Made by a program: the position numbers and the translations under genes | In this document: one piece after another, positions 1 through 13,199 of the stretch | Layout of the letters: the number at the start of each line of letters is the position of its first letter | Numbering within the stretch: position 1 is the stretch's first letter | Notes under the pieces: model-generated | Databases searched by the model: none | What the model saw: the letters and a program-made list of their open reading frames with translations, nothing else | Told to the model about the DNA's origin: nothing | Assembly (NCBI RefSeq): GCF_006345805.1 | Contig: NC_043012.1 | Span: forward strand, 32,736,001 to 32,800,000 | DNA: 64,000 bases | Direction: 5' to 3' | Source: Octopus sinensis | Lineage: Eukaryota

Positions 1-128
1 ATGGCCGTTTGTACACAGACATCATACAATCTGCCTTTCAGTCGGAGGGAGAGGCCCTTTGTTACCAACAAATGTAAAAGCTCTCTGAACTTAGCCTAGC
101 CCATTCTTATTCTAGCAGCTATGCTGTC

Positions 129-540
129 TCTTATTCTTTTGCTTGTTTCAGTCATTTGACTGCATCCATGCTGGAGCACTTTGTTAACAGGATTTTGGTT
201 GTTGAAGAAATCAACTCCAGGTCTTATTCTTTGTAAGCCTACTACTTTATTCAATTGGTCTCTTAGCTGAACTGCTAAGCTAAGTGGAAGTAAACACATC
301 AACATTGGTTGTCAAGCAATGTTGGTGGAAACAAACACAGACACACACATAAATATATATATATATATATATATACATACAACAGGATTCTTTCAGTTTC
401 TGTCTACCAAATCCACTCATAAGGCTTTGGTTGGCCTGGCGTTATAGTAGAAGACACTTGCCCAAGGTGCCATGCAGTGGGACTGAACTTAGAACCATGT
501 GGTTGGGCAGCGAACTCTTTGCCAGAGCCATGCCTGCACC
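129..540 (-). mobile_element. tRNA-derived CORE-type SINE (family B)
   Basis: Minus-strand GGCACCTTGGGCAAGTGTCTTCTACTAT resembles the CORE domain. It has a tRNA-like head, an internal microsatellite and a tail ending GACTGAAACAAG. Confidence 0.8.
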
Positions 541-1469
541 TATATATACATACATACATATATATATACACACACAGAGTCTGGAGCTCTGTTCAGTAAC
601 CAAATTGTTCATTGCTAGAGTAATTGAAATACATATAAATAGGGGTAATTCATTCCAAGCCAATCACAAGTTTCATGTAACGGTATGAAATACTTTTATT
701 TGTCCATCCAGCAATAGTAAATACATAAATATATACATATGTGTGTGTGTGTGTGTAAATACACACATTCTGTTTTCTTAAGATATTCCTGAAACTTATG
801 AACTTTTTCTCATTATCTGAAATTCTTCATTTTGCATTGATAATTTTGCATGGCATTCTTTGCAGCTCTCTACTATCATTTGAACCAGTTTCTGCCAGAG
901 CTGCACGCAATTTGGAGCACATCCTGTATGGAGAAGTCATTAACATTTCAAACTGGTCTTGGTAACTTAGTTGAAAAAAAAAACTCTGAAGAGTACACAA
1001 ACAGTTGTTCTCCAATAATCTTCTGAAAATATATTCAGAATTGTTACCAATTTTATTCTAAGATAGACCCTTCTAATAATTCTTGGCAAATACAGCCTCT
1101 ATGCAAGAGTCTTGCTACACACTGATATTTCAGTCCTGACAGAAACAACTTGCAGATTTCTCTTTGGCACGGGATCTGGCACATGAACTTGTGTTTCTCA
1201 TATTTCTGTCATTCATATTTCACACAACTTAACAGTCTATGAAGTACTATTTTCCAGGTTATCTACTCTTCTTGCAGCCAGTTTGTGGTGTTAGTAATGG
1301 TGAGGGTCTAATTCATAAGTAGAGAAGCAGCAGGAGGAAAACATTGCTGTTCATTCTCCTAATATCTTGTGCACCTAAGAGAGTTGGTTACAGTGGGTGT
1401 TCATGCTCAGCTCAAGAATTAAAATCAGTGAGCTGGCAGAAACGTTAGCATGCCAGAAACATTAGCATG

Positions 1470-1797
1470 CTTACAACTGCGAATCCGCTGTCCTAACCAC
1501 AGGCCATTGCGCCTCCACTTATATATATATATATAAGTGGAGGATCGTGGTTTCGATTCCCAGACCAGGCGTTGTGAGTGTTTATTGAGAAAAACACCTA
1601 AAAGCCCCACAAGGCTCCGGCAGGGGGTGGTGGCGATCCCTGCTGTACTCTTTCTTCACAACTTTCTCTCACTCTTTCTTCTGTTGGCCTTCTCACTTAG
1701 CCAGCAGGGTGGCGTCATTTGAAGGCTAAAACAATGCGAAGTGCATTGTAACCAGTGATGTGTAGCAACATCTGATAGCATGGTCGGTCACGGTGAT
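1470..1797 (+). mobile_element. tRNA-derived SINE (family D type) whose 5' head is inverted
   Basis: B-box GGTTTCGATTCC lies on the plus strand. The A-box half GGAGGCGCAATGGCC..GGTTAGG lies on the minus strand at 1470-1516. Confidence 0.6.
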
Positions 1798-2106
1798 ATA
1801 TATGTGTGTGTACATATGCATTTGAGAGAGCACATATCCAGCATGAAGAACTTAAGCGAGCTGCGAGAGAGCGCACGGCTCATATAGTGAATGGGGAAAG
1901 CTTGGTCTGCAATGTTTGCAGTCGTGTATGCTTGTCAAGAGCAGGGCTCATTAGCTGCCAATGGAGCCACAAATGCAAAATATAAGTTAGTCCTAGAGCG
2001 CACAATGTTCCTGAAGGTCGGCAATGGTCTTCCTCAGTCACGAGTGGACGGCCATCATCATGTATATATATATACACATACATAATTATATATATATATA
2101 TATATA

Positions 2107-2390
2107 TTACGGAGATGTACTTGCATAGCAAGTGACCTGATTTGAGATCGTGTGCTGGAACAAAACAACTGCAGTGTGGAAAGTGTTTATAAGCCATTTA
2201 AGATACACACAAAAACCGTTAGATTCACTTCAACATTCAAATTTAATTTGCCAAAATAATATTTTTGTTGCTTTGAGACCACAACCTACCTGTTCACTGA
2301 CAAAATTCCATGCTGCAATGTTGAAGTGAATCTAATGGTTTTTGTGTGTTTCTTAAATGGCTTATAAACACCTTCCATGCTGCAATTGTT
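2107..2390. mobile_element. Repeat family X copy with internal inverted duplication, set in (TA)n
   Basis: Homologous to 46466-46670. Arms 2165-2237 and 2317-2390 are inverted. Confidence 0.75.
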
Positions 2391-2405
2391 ATATATATAC
2401 ATAAT

Positions 2406-2441
<36 letters not shown>

Positions 2442-2477
2442 ATTATATATATATATATATATATACATAATTATATA

Positions 2478-2510
<33 letters not shown>

Positions 2511-2580
2511 ATATGTGTGTATATAGATATATATATATAGGCATATATACTTATATATGTATGTTTGTGTGTGTGTATGA
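2390..2580. repeat. (AT)n/(GTAT)n microsatellite
   Basis: Directly visible. Confidence 0.95.
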
Positions 2581-2917
2581 AAACATGCTTATGTTTCTGT
2601 GAGTGTCTGTGTATGTGTGCTTTTCTCACTGTTTATTTGCATAGAAACATAAAGTTAGTGAGAAAATAATAAACATAAAGAGATAAGGTTGTAAAAATAA
2701 AACGGGAGGAAAGAGAATCTATTGGATTAATAAGGAGTGATAGATAGAGAAGAGAGGAAGTGAAAGGAAAATGAGAAAATGAATTAGAAATATAGAGGTA
2801 AACTAAATGAAATATGCAATTGTGCATGTGTATCTATGTATATGCATGTGCGTGCATGTATGAGTGTATTTGTGTGTATATATATGTGTGTATATACATA
2901 TATATATATATATATAT

Positions 2918-3312
2918 GTGAGCTGGCAGAAACATTAGCATGCCGGGCAAAATGCTTAGCAGTATTTCGTCTGCCGCTACGTTCTGAGTTCAAATTCCGC
3001 CTAGGTCGACTTTGCCTTTCATCCTTTCGGGGTCGATAAATTAAGTACCAGTTACGCACTGGGGTCGATATAATCGACTTAATCTGTTTGACTGTCTTGT
3101 TTGTCCTCTCTGTGTTTAGCCCCTTGTGGGTAGTAAAGAAATAGGTATTTTGTCTGCCGCTACGTTCTGAGTTCAAATTCCGCTGAGGTTGACTTTGCCT
3201 TTCATCCTTTCGGGATTGATTAAATAAGTACCAGTTATGCAATGGGGTCGATATAATCGATTTAATCCGTTTGTCTTCTCTGTGTTTAGCCCCTTGTGAG
3301 TAGTAAAGAAAT
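2918..3312 (+). mobile_element. tRNA-derived SINE (family A) plus a tandem partial duplicate
   Basis: A-box-like TGGCAGAAACATTAG, B-box-like GAGTTCAAATTCC, central GCCTTTCATCCTTTCGGGGTCGATAAA. 3146-3312 repeats the 3' two-thirds. Confidence 0.85.
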
Positions 3313-3364
3313 TTATATATGTGTGTGTATATGTATATATGTATTTATGTATGTATGCATGTAC

Positions 3365-3423
<59 letters not shown>

Positions 3424-3959
3424 ATAGAAACTGATTTATATGTGCATGGCTAAACAGCTATAAAATAGATGAGGGAGCAGTTTGAATGAAAATATGTATG
3501 TGTGAGAAAATGAAAGATGGCGAGGGAAGTAGTTTATGACAATAAACATAGCGATTTAAAGAGATATGGGGGACAAAGCAAACACTTCAAAGGTTATCCA
3601 ATTAGTCTGTTTTGTTAATTAGATTGCAGATGATGCAATAATGGAATGTTCAACAATATGCTATTATTCATTCTCAGTTCATAGCTCAGTTGTCATAACA
3701 ATACTTTATTTTACAGCAGTCTTTCCTTTATTAAATTTATTTTACATTTTTGCTTAATTTCCTGATTGGTTAAATTTGTTTTATTCAACTGTATTTTCTT
3801 TGTACTTTTAGGTTTCTGTTATTAATGCTATTGTCATTAAAACTAAAGGGATATAATTTCTCGCAAGAAACAGATTTCTGGTGTGCTATAATTGTTTCAA
3901 TTGCAAAGAAGATTCGTAAATGGCAGCAGATTTTAGAGTTAGGCCTGGCCTGCCACCCC

Positions 3960-4500
3960 ATTGCTTATGATGATGAGTGTTCCAGTTGATTTAGTCAATG
4001 GAACAGCCTGCTCATGGAATTAACCTGAAAGTGGATGAGCATTCCACAGACACACATACTTATTTCTTTACTACCCACAAAGGGCTAAACACAGAAAGGA
4101 CAAACAGATTACGTTGATTATATCGACCCCAGTGCGTAACTGGTACTTAATTTATCGACCCCGAAAGGATGAAAGGCAAAGTCAACCTCGGCAGAATTTG
4201 AACTCAGAACATAATGGCAGACGAAGTACGGCTATGCATTTCGCCTGGCGTACCAACGTTTCTGCCAGCTCGCCGCCTTATTAGGACTATAGACATGCAT
4301 ACCCTTAAAGTAGTTCTTAGGGATATTCAGCACAACACAGATTGTTACAAGGCCAGCCCTTCGAATTACAGATACAACTCATTTTTGCCAGCTGAGTGGA
4401 CTGGAGCAATGTGAAATAAAGTGTCTTGTTCAAGGACACAATGTACTGCTATCCTTTCGATCATGAATGAATACCCTAAACACTAAGCCATGCACCTTCA
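3960..4500 (-). mobile_element. Family D-type SINE interrupted by a family A copy
   Basis: TTCCAGTTGA..GGAACAGCCTGCTC and GTGTCTTGTTCAAGGACACAA segments flank the family A insert. Confidence 0.55.
4061..4278 (-). mobile_element. Family A SINE nested in a family D SINE
   Basis: Reverse complement of the 2918-3145 type. Confidence 0.85.
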
Positions 4501-5549
4501 ATTTTAGACTTATTTCCTGGGCTCATATTAAAAATTGCTGTGTAGCTATCAGACACTTATTTGATTTATTATAAATTGATCAGCATTTAAGCCATAAATA
4601 TCTCAGCTGTAGTATTGTGGGCTTTGTAGAAGGCCTCTGCCTTAATTTGAAAAGATTAATGTAGTTACAGGAATGACATTAAGATGTTGAATGAATAAGA
4701 AGAGTGGTCACTTGTTTTCAATTCATCCTCTGTTGTATGGAACATGATTGTTCCAAGGAAAGAAACTAACAGAATAATGTCAGAAAATTCTGCTCATATT
4801 AGTGATTTAGTTGGACAGCTTGAGTGACTTTATATAGATGGGAGAGAAAGAGATGGAGCAAGGTAGAGAAGGAGGGTGAGTGGTTTAATAAGTTCCACTC
4901 TTTTACAATTTAAAAAAAATAATAATACTTTAAAATACAGACAATTCAAATATTTTGCTTAAATCCCAGCAATGGACCACTCTCAGATGCATCATCATTA
5001 CATTAAATGTGTTTATGGGGGAAAAAAATATTGAAAAACATCAATATATATCAGAGTGACAAAGAAACGAGGATGGTATAAGGTGGTCGTGAGATATGTT
5101 AAAGATAACAGCTAAATCACACACAAAAAATTTTTCTTTTGTTGTTTGCATAATTGCATGAATTCCCATTTATAGAACACAAATTTGCAAGATTTTCTGA
5201 AACTTCCCAAAAATAAAAACAGTTGTGAGGAGTTTATACGGAGTGCTTAATCAGGTTTCTGTCCAAAACAAACTTTATTTTCTCATTGAATTTGAGCATC
5301 TTGAAGCACTCCAAGAGCTAATAGTGTGGAACATTATCCTAAACTGTCTTTTAGTCTATCCACCCAATGGCAAATTTCTTCTTTGTTATTTATATCTCAT
5401 TTAATTAATATCATGTAATCAACACACAACACATCAACAATTCCTCTTGATTTTTTGCATCCCTTTTGTTCCTCTAGTAACAGATTCTCTTTCTCAAGGA
5501 AGTTATACACTTCACCTGCTTTCATCATCATCACCACCACCACCACCAC

Positions 5550-5800
5550 CATCATCATCATCATTTAACGTGTGCTTTTCATGTTGGCATTGGTCAAACA
5601 GTTTGACTGAAACTGGTAAGCCAGAGAGCTGCACCAGGGTCCAGTCTGTTTTGGCTTGGCTTCTATGGCTAGATGTCCTTCCTAAGACCGACCACTCCAT
5701 AGAGTGTACTGGGTGTCTTTTATGTATCACTGACCCAGGTGCCTTTTATGTACCACTGGCATGGATGCCTTTTATGTGCTACCAGCATGGGTGCCTTGAG
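5550..5800 (-). mobile_element. RTE 3'-UTR-derived short copy (family C, (GAT)n tail)
   Basis: Reverse complement of the 40700-40935 type. Confidence 0.7.
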
Positions 5801-5940
5801 GACAGTTAATAATTTCCAGAGTAATTGTAAGCATGTAATCACTGATGTCTCCTCTCTTTTTTTTTTTCCCTTCCATATTAGCACTGCCCTTTGTTTTGTC
5901 ATCCATGTTGATGTTCCATTTTTCTATCCAATCAGTTAGA

Positions 5941-6800
5941 AACAATTGTACATCTCTCTCTGCATGTTTGCAAGACCTTTGAACCAGAATCCCTGAACAC
6001 CACCACCTAGTCTAGAGGGTTTTCCATTTTGGTATTTTCTTAAGCATTGCTTTTACTTAACCATCTGTAATATTTGTATTTTCTTGTTTTCATCTATTTT
6101 CCAATTCACTTTTAAATTTCCTTAACCAATCCACTTCCATGTTATGCTGAACTCCTTTACTCCGAATTTCAAACCAAGAGCTCCTTGCTGCTTCAGTATC
6201 TGTCACATCATTCCCCTGATGTTCATTCAGCTGGTGATAAAATTTCCTTTCATTGTTTCTGAAGAATCTCTTCTGCTGGCATTGGTTTATTTTTTGTTAG
6301 TATCTTTATTTATTATTTTTTTTTTTTTGATATTGACTTAATTTTTTTGCCTTATCTCTTCTTAAACTGTAATTCTATTAGTTTCACTTTCTTTGGAACT
6401 CACTCATAAGTTTTCCTTCACCATCTTTCCATTTATTGCATTTATCCTTCCAGAATCTCTGTTGAGCTATTCAACTTAATTCTCAAGTCTCTGTTTCCAC
6501 CATGGGTCTCTGCCCCTTGCTTTTTACTTGATCAAGAATTTCTGTGCAGTATAGAAGGTGATTTTTAAAAATCTATTATATTTTCACCATAGATTTTCAT
6601 CAACAGTTCAGTGATCTTCTTTACCATTTTATGTAGTTTTTCTCTTTTGATTCCACTCAAAAGCTGGTAATCGCTTTCTTTCACTAGTTTATGTCTCATT
6701 TAGCTGTTGTAGAAAGCTCCTTTCTTCCTCTGTAACATCCTTTCCTTCCATGAACAAAAATTTGCTTTCATTTAGGTTGTTATTCCTCTCTTGATGATTT
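5941..6800 (-). mobile_element. R4/Dong-like non-LTR retrotransposon, N-terminal and pre-RT relic
   Basis: DPWWKQRLEN..LNRDSGRI, then RFFRNNERKFYHQLN, then WLRKFKSEL..LRKIPKWK..VQGFWFK. Many stops and frameshifts. Confidence 0.7.
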
Positions 6801-7056
6801 ATTGATCTCTCCCTCTCCTCCTCTGCCTCATCATCATCATCAGCAACAGTAGCAGCATCCATTCTTTAATCCTTGAAATGCCAGTATCATATGTGACTGA
6901 AGCTTCTGAACTTTTATGTGCTAGTTTTAAGTAGATGGATACAAGATTTGTTTAAGTGTGTCTTTTCAAGAATTGGCCTCAAGGAAGATAATTTTATGTT
7001 GTCAGATGCCATGGTGGAACTTTATTGGATTTATGCACATACATACCTACATATAA

Positions 7057-7098
<42 letters not shown>

Positions 7099-8140
7099 AT
7101 GCATGCATGTATGTATGTATGTATATGTATACACATATATATACACCTTCACACACATATATACATATATGGGAGTTGGGAAATGATTGTGTTGTCTCCT
7201 ATTTTTAAGTATATAACAGCATCATGCATATTTCCCAATTCTTTGTTGCACAATTCTGTTACAATAAATATTGAGTCCTTTGTGACAATCATTACTATAT
7301 GTTCCAACTTTGTAGGGTCCCTATATAAATGTATCTCTAGCGTCTCATTCCAAGTATTTATCTTATCAATACCAATAGGATTTGAACTCTGGACTCAAAG
7401 AAAAAGTCAAGCTATTGCTAAGCAACAAATCAATACTGATGCATACGTGTATATGTATTGGCCATTCCCCCCCCTTGTATGTTTGCTATCAATCGAAGAG
7501 TACATTGCTTGATTGTCCTAAACTAAACATTAATTATTTATGATCCCTAAATCTATATAACTCCATTAATGAAGAGAGGCATGCTAAATATTGATTGTTT
7601 AATTGTGTGTTAATGTTTATCTATTTTTATATGTAAATATGCATGAATGAGAATATCTGGATGAATGGGTAAATAAGAACATCAATTCTTTGTCAGTTTT
7701 CATGATAAATATTACAGTTGTTTGATCAGCTGAACTGCTGCCATTCAAATATGTTGTATGTAATTGAGTATTCATTTCAGCAACACATGTAACCTCAATA
7801 TACTCCTTAGATTACTCCAGAGGTAGAAACAGTAAGACTATGTATGACACGGCAGGCATTTTGAATTACCAGTACAGCCTAATTGACAGGCTGTCACAGT
7901 TTCTGACCCCCAGCCCACCCCATAACCAGTTACATCCCCAAGGCCTAGGTGAACCTGAAGTAAATGACACATGCCGAAGCTACCACACAGTGGGATCAGA
8001 TCTTGGGCTTCAGGATTGCAAAGTAAAATTTTTAACCACTTGGTCATCATACACACATGTATGGCTGTGTGAGTATACACGCATAAGTGTATATACTTAT
8101 ACACAAACATGTGTGGGTGTTTATAAGTATATATCGCCTT

Positions 8141-8402
8141 ACTGGCAGCTGTGCTGGTGGCATGTGTAAAAAGATTCGAGCGAGGTCATTGCCAGTACCG
8201 CCTGACTGGCTCCCGTGCCGATGGCACGTAAAAAGCACCCGCTACACTCTCGGAGTGGTTGGCGTTAGGAAGGGCATCCAGCTGTAGAAACTCTGCCAGA
8301 TCAAGATTGAAGCCTGGTGCGGCTGTCTGGATCGCCAGCCCTCAGTCAAAATCGTCCAACCCATGCTAGCATGAAAAGCGGACGTTAACCGATGATGATG
8401 AT
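8141..8402 (+). mobile_element. Family C copy
   Basis: GGCACGTAAAAAGCACC..AGGAAGGGCATCCAGCTGTAG..(GAT)n. Confidence 0.85.
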
Positions 8403-9214
8403 ATCAACATCATCATCATCATCATCACCAGCAGCAGCAGTATTTAATATCCATTTCTTATGGTGACATGGATTTGAGAGTTTAACAGGATCCAGCAAAC
8501 TGCAAAGACTGTGTTGAGCTCAAGTGTCATATTTGGCATGGTTTCACCAGCTGGATGATCTTCCATATGCCAAACACTTTAAAGAGTATATCAAGTGCTT
8601 TTTCATGCTAAGGGCATTAGTTAAAGTTGCTGTGTGAAACTTGCAAGCCAGAAAAAGAACGAGGAAAAAGAGGAAGAGGGTAGAATTTGAGAGGGGAAGG
8701 TGACGGTGGTGTAAGAGCCAACTCTCAAGGAGCAAAGAAGGAAGCATAAGAGAGGTCATAGTGGGTAATGAGAGGGGAGGAGAGAGAAAGAGAGAGAGCA
8801 GATACTTTCAAATGGCTGTGGGGTAGGGTGAAGCACAGAGAGTTCAAGTTGGAGGTAAACATAAATAAGATATCTATCTATCTATCTCTATGTGTGTGTG
8901 TTTTGTTTAACACACATACACAAGGTATGTGTGTTCAATTTCATATATATATATATATACATATCTTACATATAATTAAATGCAATGTGTGTCCTGTCGG
9001 TCAATTTTGGAAGAAAAACGAGTAGCAAATGGAGTGGGAGTGAGTGACAGTCAGAGGAAGTAAAGCATGCAAACAACCTTCAAAAATTTTGCTCTCAACA
9101 ATGCTGCCATGTTAATCAAAGTGAAACTGCAAATTTCTATCACAAATTGCATTTACTTTATCAGTTACACACACATACATATATAAGTGTTTAATATTTA
9201 ATATCATTTAGATA

Positions 9215-9264
9215 TTTCTCTGTGTGTGTGTATACATATATATGTATATGTATATATATATATG

Positions 9265-9295
<31 letters not shown>

Positions 9296-9349
9296 GTATA
9301 TGTATATATATGTATATGTATATATATGTATATGTATATATAGTATATG

Positions 9350-9400
<51 letters not shown>

Positions 9401-9527
9401 GTATATATATATATGTGTATATATATATATGTATATATATATATGTATATATATATATGTATATATATATATGTATATATATATATGTATATATATATAT
9501 GTATATATATATATGTATATATATATA

Positions 9528-9579
<52 letters not shown>

Positions 9580-9704
9580 CATATATATATACATATATGT
9601 ATATATATATAAATATATATATACTTATATATACATATATACATATACATGTATATATATATACATATATATATACATGTATATATATACATATATATAT
9701 ATAT

Positions 9705-9753
<49 letters not shown>

Positions 9754-9780
9754 ATATATATATATATGTATGTATGTATA
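9215..9780. repeat. Long compound (AT)n/(ATGT)/(ATAC) microsatellite
   Basis: Directly visible. Confidence 0.95.
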
Positions 9781-9781
9781 T

Positions 9782-9870
9782 ATCATCATCATTGTTTAAC
9801 AGCCGCTTTCCATGCTAGCATGGGTTGGATGGTTCGACTGGGGTCTGGGAAGCCAGGAGGCTGCACCAGG
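9782..9870 (-). mobile_element. Family C 3' fragment
   Basis: CCATGCTAGCATGGGTTGGA. Confidence 0.7.
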
Positions 9871-9872
9871 CC

Positions 9873-9903
<31 letters not shown>

Positions 9904-9905
<2 letters not shown>

Positions 9906-9945
9906 TAGCAATGCATCCCGGCGGTGCCCGGGTGTTATGACCTAC
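9904..9945 (-). mobile_element. Possible Helitron 3' terminus of another family
   Basis: Minus strand has a CCCGG/CCGGG hairpin followed by GCATTGCTAA (CTRR-like end). Confidence 0.3.
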
Positions 9946-10049
9946 AAGCGCATTGTATTATTTGCTCCTTTCTTATGGGCAGAATCGGCACAGTTGATAT
10001 ATAGTTAATGGAATAATGGAAGTTATTTTTTGTTTGATAGTGAAGAACT

Positions 10050-10372
10050 ATGTTTCAGTCATTAGACTGCAGACATGCTCTATAGAATTTTAGTCATATG
10101 AAGTCTGGAACTTATTCTACAGGTGTCTTTTGCCAAGCCACTAGGATATGGGAACATAAACACACCTAATACTAGTTGTCAGGTAAGTGATAGGAAACAA
10201 ACACAGGCACAAAGACACACACACACACATACATACTAGGGGCTTCTTTTAATTTAATTTCTGCCTACCAAATCCACTCACAAGGCTTTTGGTTGGCCCA
10301 AGAGTATAGTGGAAAACACTTGGTCCAAAGAACCCAGACCCGTGTGGTTGGGCAGCAAACATCTTACCACAC
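10050..10372 (-). mobile_element. Family B SINE
   Basis: Homologous to 129-540. Confidence 0.7.
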
Positions 10373-10373
10373 A

Positions 10374-10605
10374 TATTTCTTTATTACCCACAAGGGGCTA
10401 AACATAGAGGGGACAAACAAGGACAGACAAACGGATTAAGTCGATTACATAGACCCCAGTGCATAACTGGTACTTATTTAATTGACCCCGAAAGGACGAA
10501 GGACAAAGTCGACCTTGGTGGAATTTGAACTCAGAATGTAACGGCAGACAAAATATGGCTATGCATTTCGCCCGGCGTGCTAACGTTTCTACCAGGTCGC
10601 CACCT
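10374..10605 (-). mobile_element. Family A SINE
   Basis: Same consensus as other family A copies. Confidence 0.8.
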
Positions 10606-11091
10606 TACCACACAGCCATGCCTACACCTAATGCACGCACGCATGCACACACAAACAAACACATATGCAGTCTTTTGGCTAGCCAGTTCCTGTCAAACTG
10701 TCCAACCATGTGAACATGGAAAATGGTTGTTAAATGATAACGATGATGATGATGATGATGACGATGTATGAATGTATGTATGTGTCTCTGTGTGTGTGTG
10801 TGTGAGAGAGAGAGTGCATGGATGATTGTGTGTGTGTGGATAATTATGTATTTATGCATGAATAGACGATTCTGTATACAAGACTGGAAACACTTCCATA
10901 TATTTATGAACGCTTGACAATGATATAGTAGAGTACATGTTACTTGTTAGTAAAGGGGAAATACTGTCTGCACGAAGACGTATGTGTTAGTGCCTTAGAT
11001 GTGTGTTTAAAAGTGTAATGTTAGTCCATGCACTGTCAAGCATGATGTTCATGTGATTACCTATGTCTTCTAAATTGCCTGTAAAAGTTAC

Positions 11092-11143
11092 CTGGGAAAC
11101 CAGCCGAAAGCAGAAGTGGCCAGTATTTGACACATTTGAAAAA
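11092..11143 (-). other. Candidate 52 nt internal exon of an unidentified transcript
   Basis: Long polypyrimidine tract plus CTAG acceptor and CAG|GTAACT donor. All three frames are open. Confidence 0.3.
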
Positions 11144-11484
11144 CTAGGTAGTGAAGAGGGCAGGAGGAGGAGGAAGAAGAAAGATCGATAATAAAATAAG
11201 AATTATGAGAATATATTTCTGAGGAGGAATTGAAGAAGGAGAGAAGTGCATATATCATATTACGTGCACAGGAACCTTTATGCATCTTCATCATCATCAT
11301 CATCATCATCCCCACCCACTGTTGTCACTGCCACCACCACCACCACCACTGCCGCCATAGCTTCTACTCCCTCCTCCTTGTGGCCATCCTGATATGCATT
11401 TCCCCATGCCACACCAAGAATTTCTGCCCCACCCCGCAGGCTTTTGTAGCTCTTCAATTTCATGTTGTGTATTTCTGCTAATAA

Positions 11485-11860
11485 TCTCTATATATATAAA
11501 TGACAAAATGTCTGTATGTGTGTGTGTGTGTGTGCATGTCCTTTATACAAATCCACAATTTTTCAGTTAGAGGGCTCACACTTTCCATGGTCATTCAAAA
11601 CCGTTCAAGGGTGGTCGTGTACATCTTTATATTTCCCCAGCCATCCTGCAAAGGCATTAAAAAATCAGTAGAAATTACATTTTTGTGAATTTTCTATCCA
11701 AAACCCAATCAAAATGCCCGAAACTTGATACACCAATTGAATGCCAGCTAGCTGTATGTGATTGGTCGGAGATTTGGACAGTACTCGCATGTATGTGCGC
11801 ACACAGCTGTACATGCATGCACTAGCACTATGACCCGGCGTTGCTGGGTCATAGTGCTAG
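11485..11860 (+). mobile_element. Non-autonomous Helitron
   Basis: A|TCTCTATATATATAAA..CTAG|T, no target duplication, 3' hairpin ACTAGCACTATGACCC/GGGTCATAGTGCTAGT, second copy at 14521. Confidence 0.8.
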
Positions 11861-12989
11861 TTTCAATATAGTTGAGTCATTTTTTATTAGTCATCTATTA
11901 TGGTATGGAGGTCTCCAAAATATTACATTTGATGTGGTCTAGTGTGTTGAACACAATAACAGAAGCCAGCAAAGCCTACCCTACCTTGCATAACAATAGT
12001 AGAGATGGGTGGAATGTGTCCATAAATCTTCTCTTTGGTTTCATGTTTAGGTATGAGATGTTTTGAGTTTTCAGGGGAAGCTTGGTGTATGGGTGTATGT
12101 GCCTTCACTGTGATGTTGAAGTTCCTTCTTCATAATCTCTGCTTCAGCTCTATAAAGGAAAATGTTCTCTACACACACCTTGAAGAAGGCCAACCTTGTT
12201 TTGATTTTTAAATACTTGTTTGCTAGATGTTATCAAACATGTTACAGACACTCCAGGCTTGTCTTTTGTATATGAGCAAGTCTTTCTTATTGCGACTAGC
12301 TTAGAAGGAAAGGTATACATTACGAAGCCAGGTATATAAACTTCTATTTTTTAAAACATTTTATTAAAGTGAAGTAGTTTCATATGTTCAGATTGTTTCC
12401 CTGTCATTTATCATGTATTAAACAGAGATCATTTCTTGTATTGTCAAGAAGAAAGGTCACTCGACCCCTTTGATTAAAAATTTATTTGCAGCTCTCCTTA
12501 CAAATTTTTGTTTTATTTTGCTTTGTTCTCAACATTCTTGCCTTAGATAGTGTTACTAACTTTAATTATACATTAATTCCTCCCACATTGTACAACACCT
12601 ACCTTTCAGCATCACGCCTCCACGCCATTAAAAATTTAAGCAATAAAAATCTATAGAGAATGGCATTAAAATGGTAAGAGAAGCAGTTGGACATATTAAA
12701 ATGTCACATCAAATGTGTGTGTGTGTGTGTGTGTGTGTGTGAGCATGTGTGTGTGTGTGCATGTGCATATGTGTGCGTGTGAGTGTGTGTTTGTGTGTGT
12801 GCGCATGTGAGCATGTGTGTGTGTGTAATTTGTTGCATTCAAAGTAATAAAATAACTGTTTTTTTATGCAGAACATCATCACTTTCCTTGGATTTTACTG
12901 TTTTACTATTTGGCGTGGACTTCTCGCCTGTTTCTGCGGCTGTTGGATTCAACTACAAATACATCCAGTGTAGTTATTCACAACGACTA

Positions 12990-13150
12990 GAAAGCGGCGG
13001 CAATCAAGTGGAAGTGAAAGGCAGTAGTGCCAAAAGAACAAGAAAATGTTATGGATTGATGACATCAAAGCTAAAATTCCTCAATATAGTGAACGTCTGC
13101 TTACTAGCAAGATACATCTCCTTTCATATACTGGTCTCTCCTAAGGACAA
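12990..13150 (+). mobile_element. Possible RTE 3' end relic
   Basis: VEVKGS..RTRKC..IDDIK-like remnant across frames. Confidence 0.35.
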
Positions 13151-13199
13151 CTGTTGCTTCTCCACTTGTTTTAAAGATGCCAATACAATGCCTCACAAA

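Noticed and set aside
780-1380. Decayed retroelement ORF on the minus strand
   Set aside because: Only vague similarity, with no diagnostic motif to assign a clade.
7200-7320. Minus-strand peptide TKDSIFIVTELCNKEL resembling kinase subdomain V
   Set aside because: No flanking kinase motifs, no convincing splice sites, and it adjoins a degenerate SINE.
9204-9818. Long Y/I/C/M-rich ORFs of 128-198 aa in several frames
   Set aside because: Translations of (AT)n microsatellite. The same applies to ORFs near 2346, 28540 and 55563.
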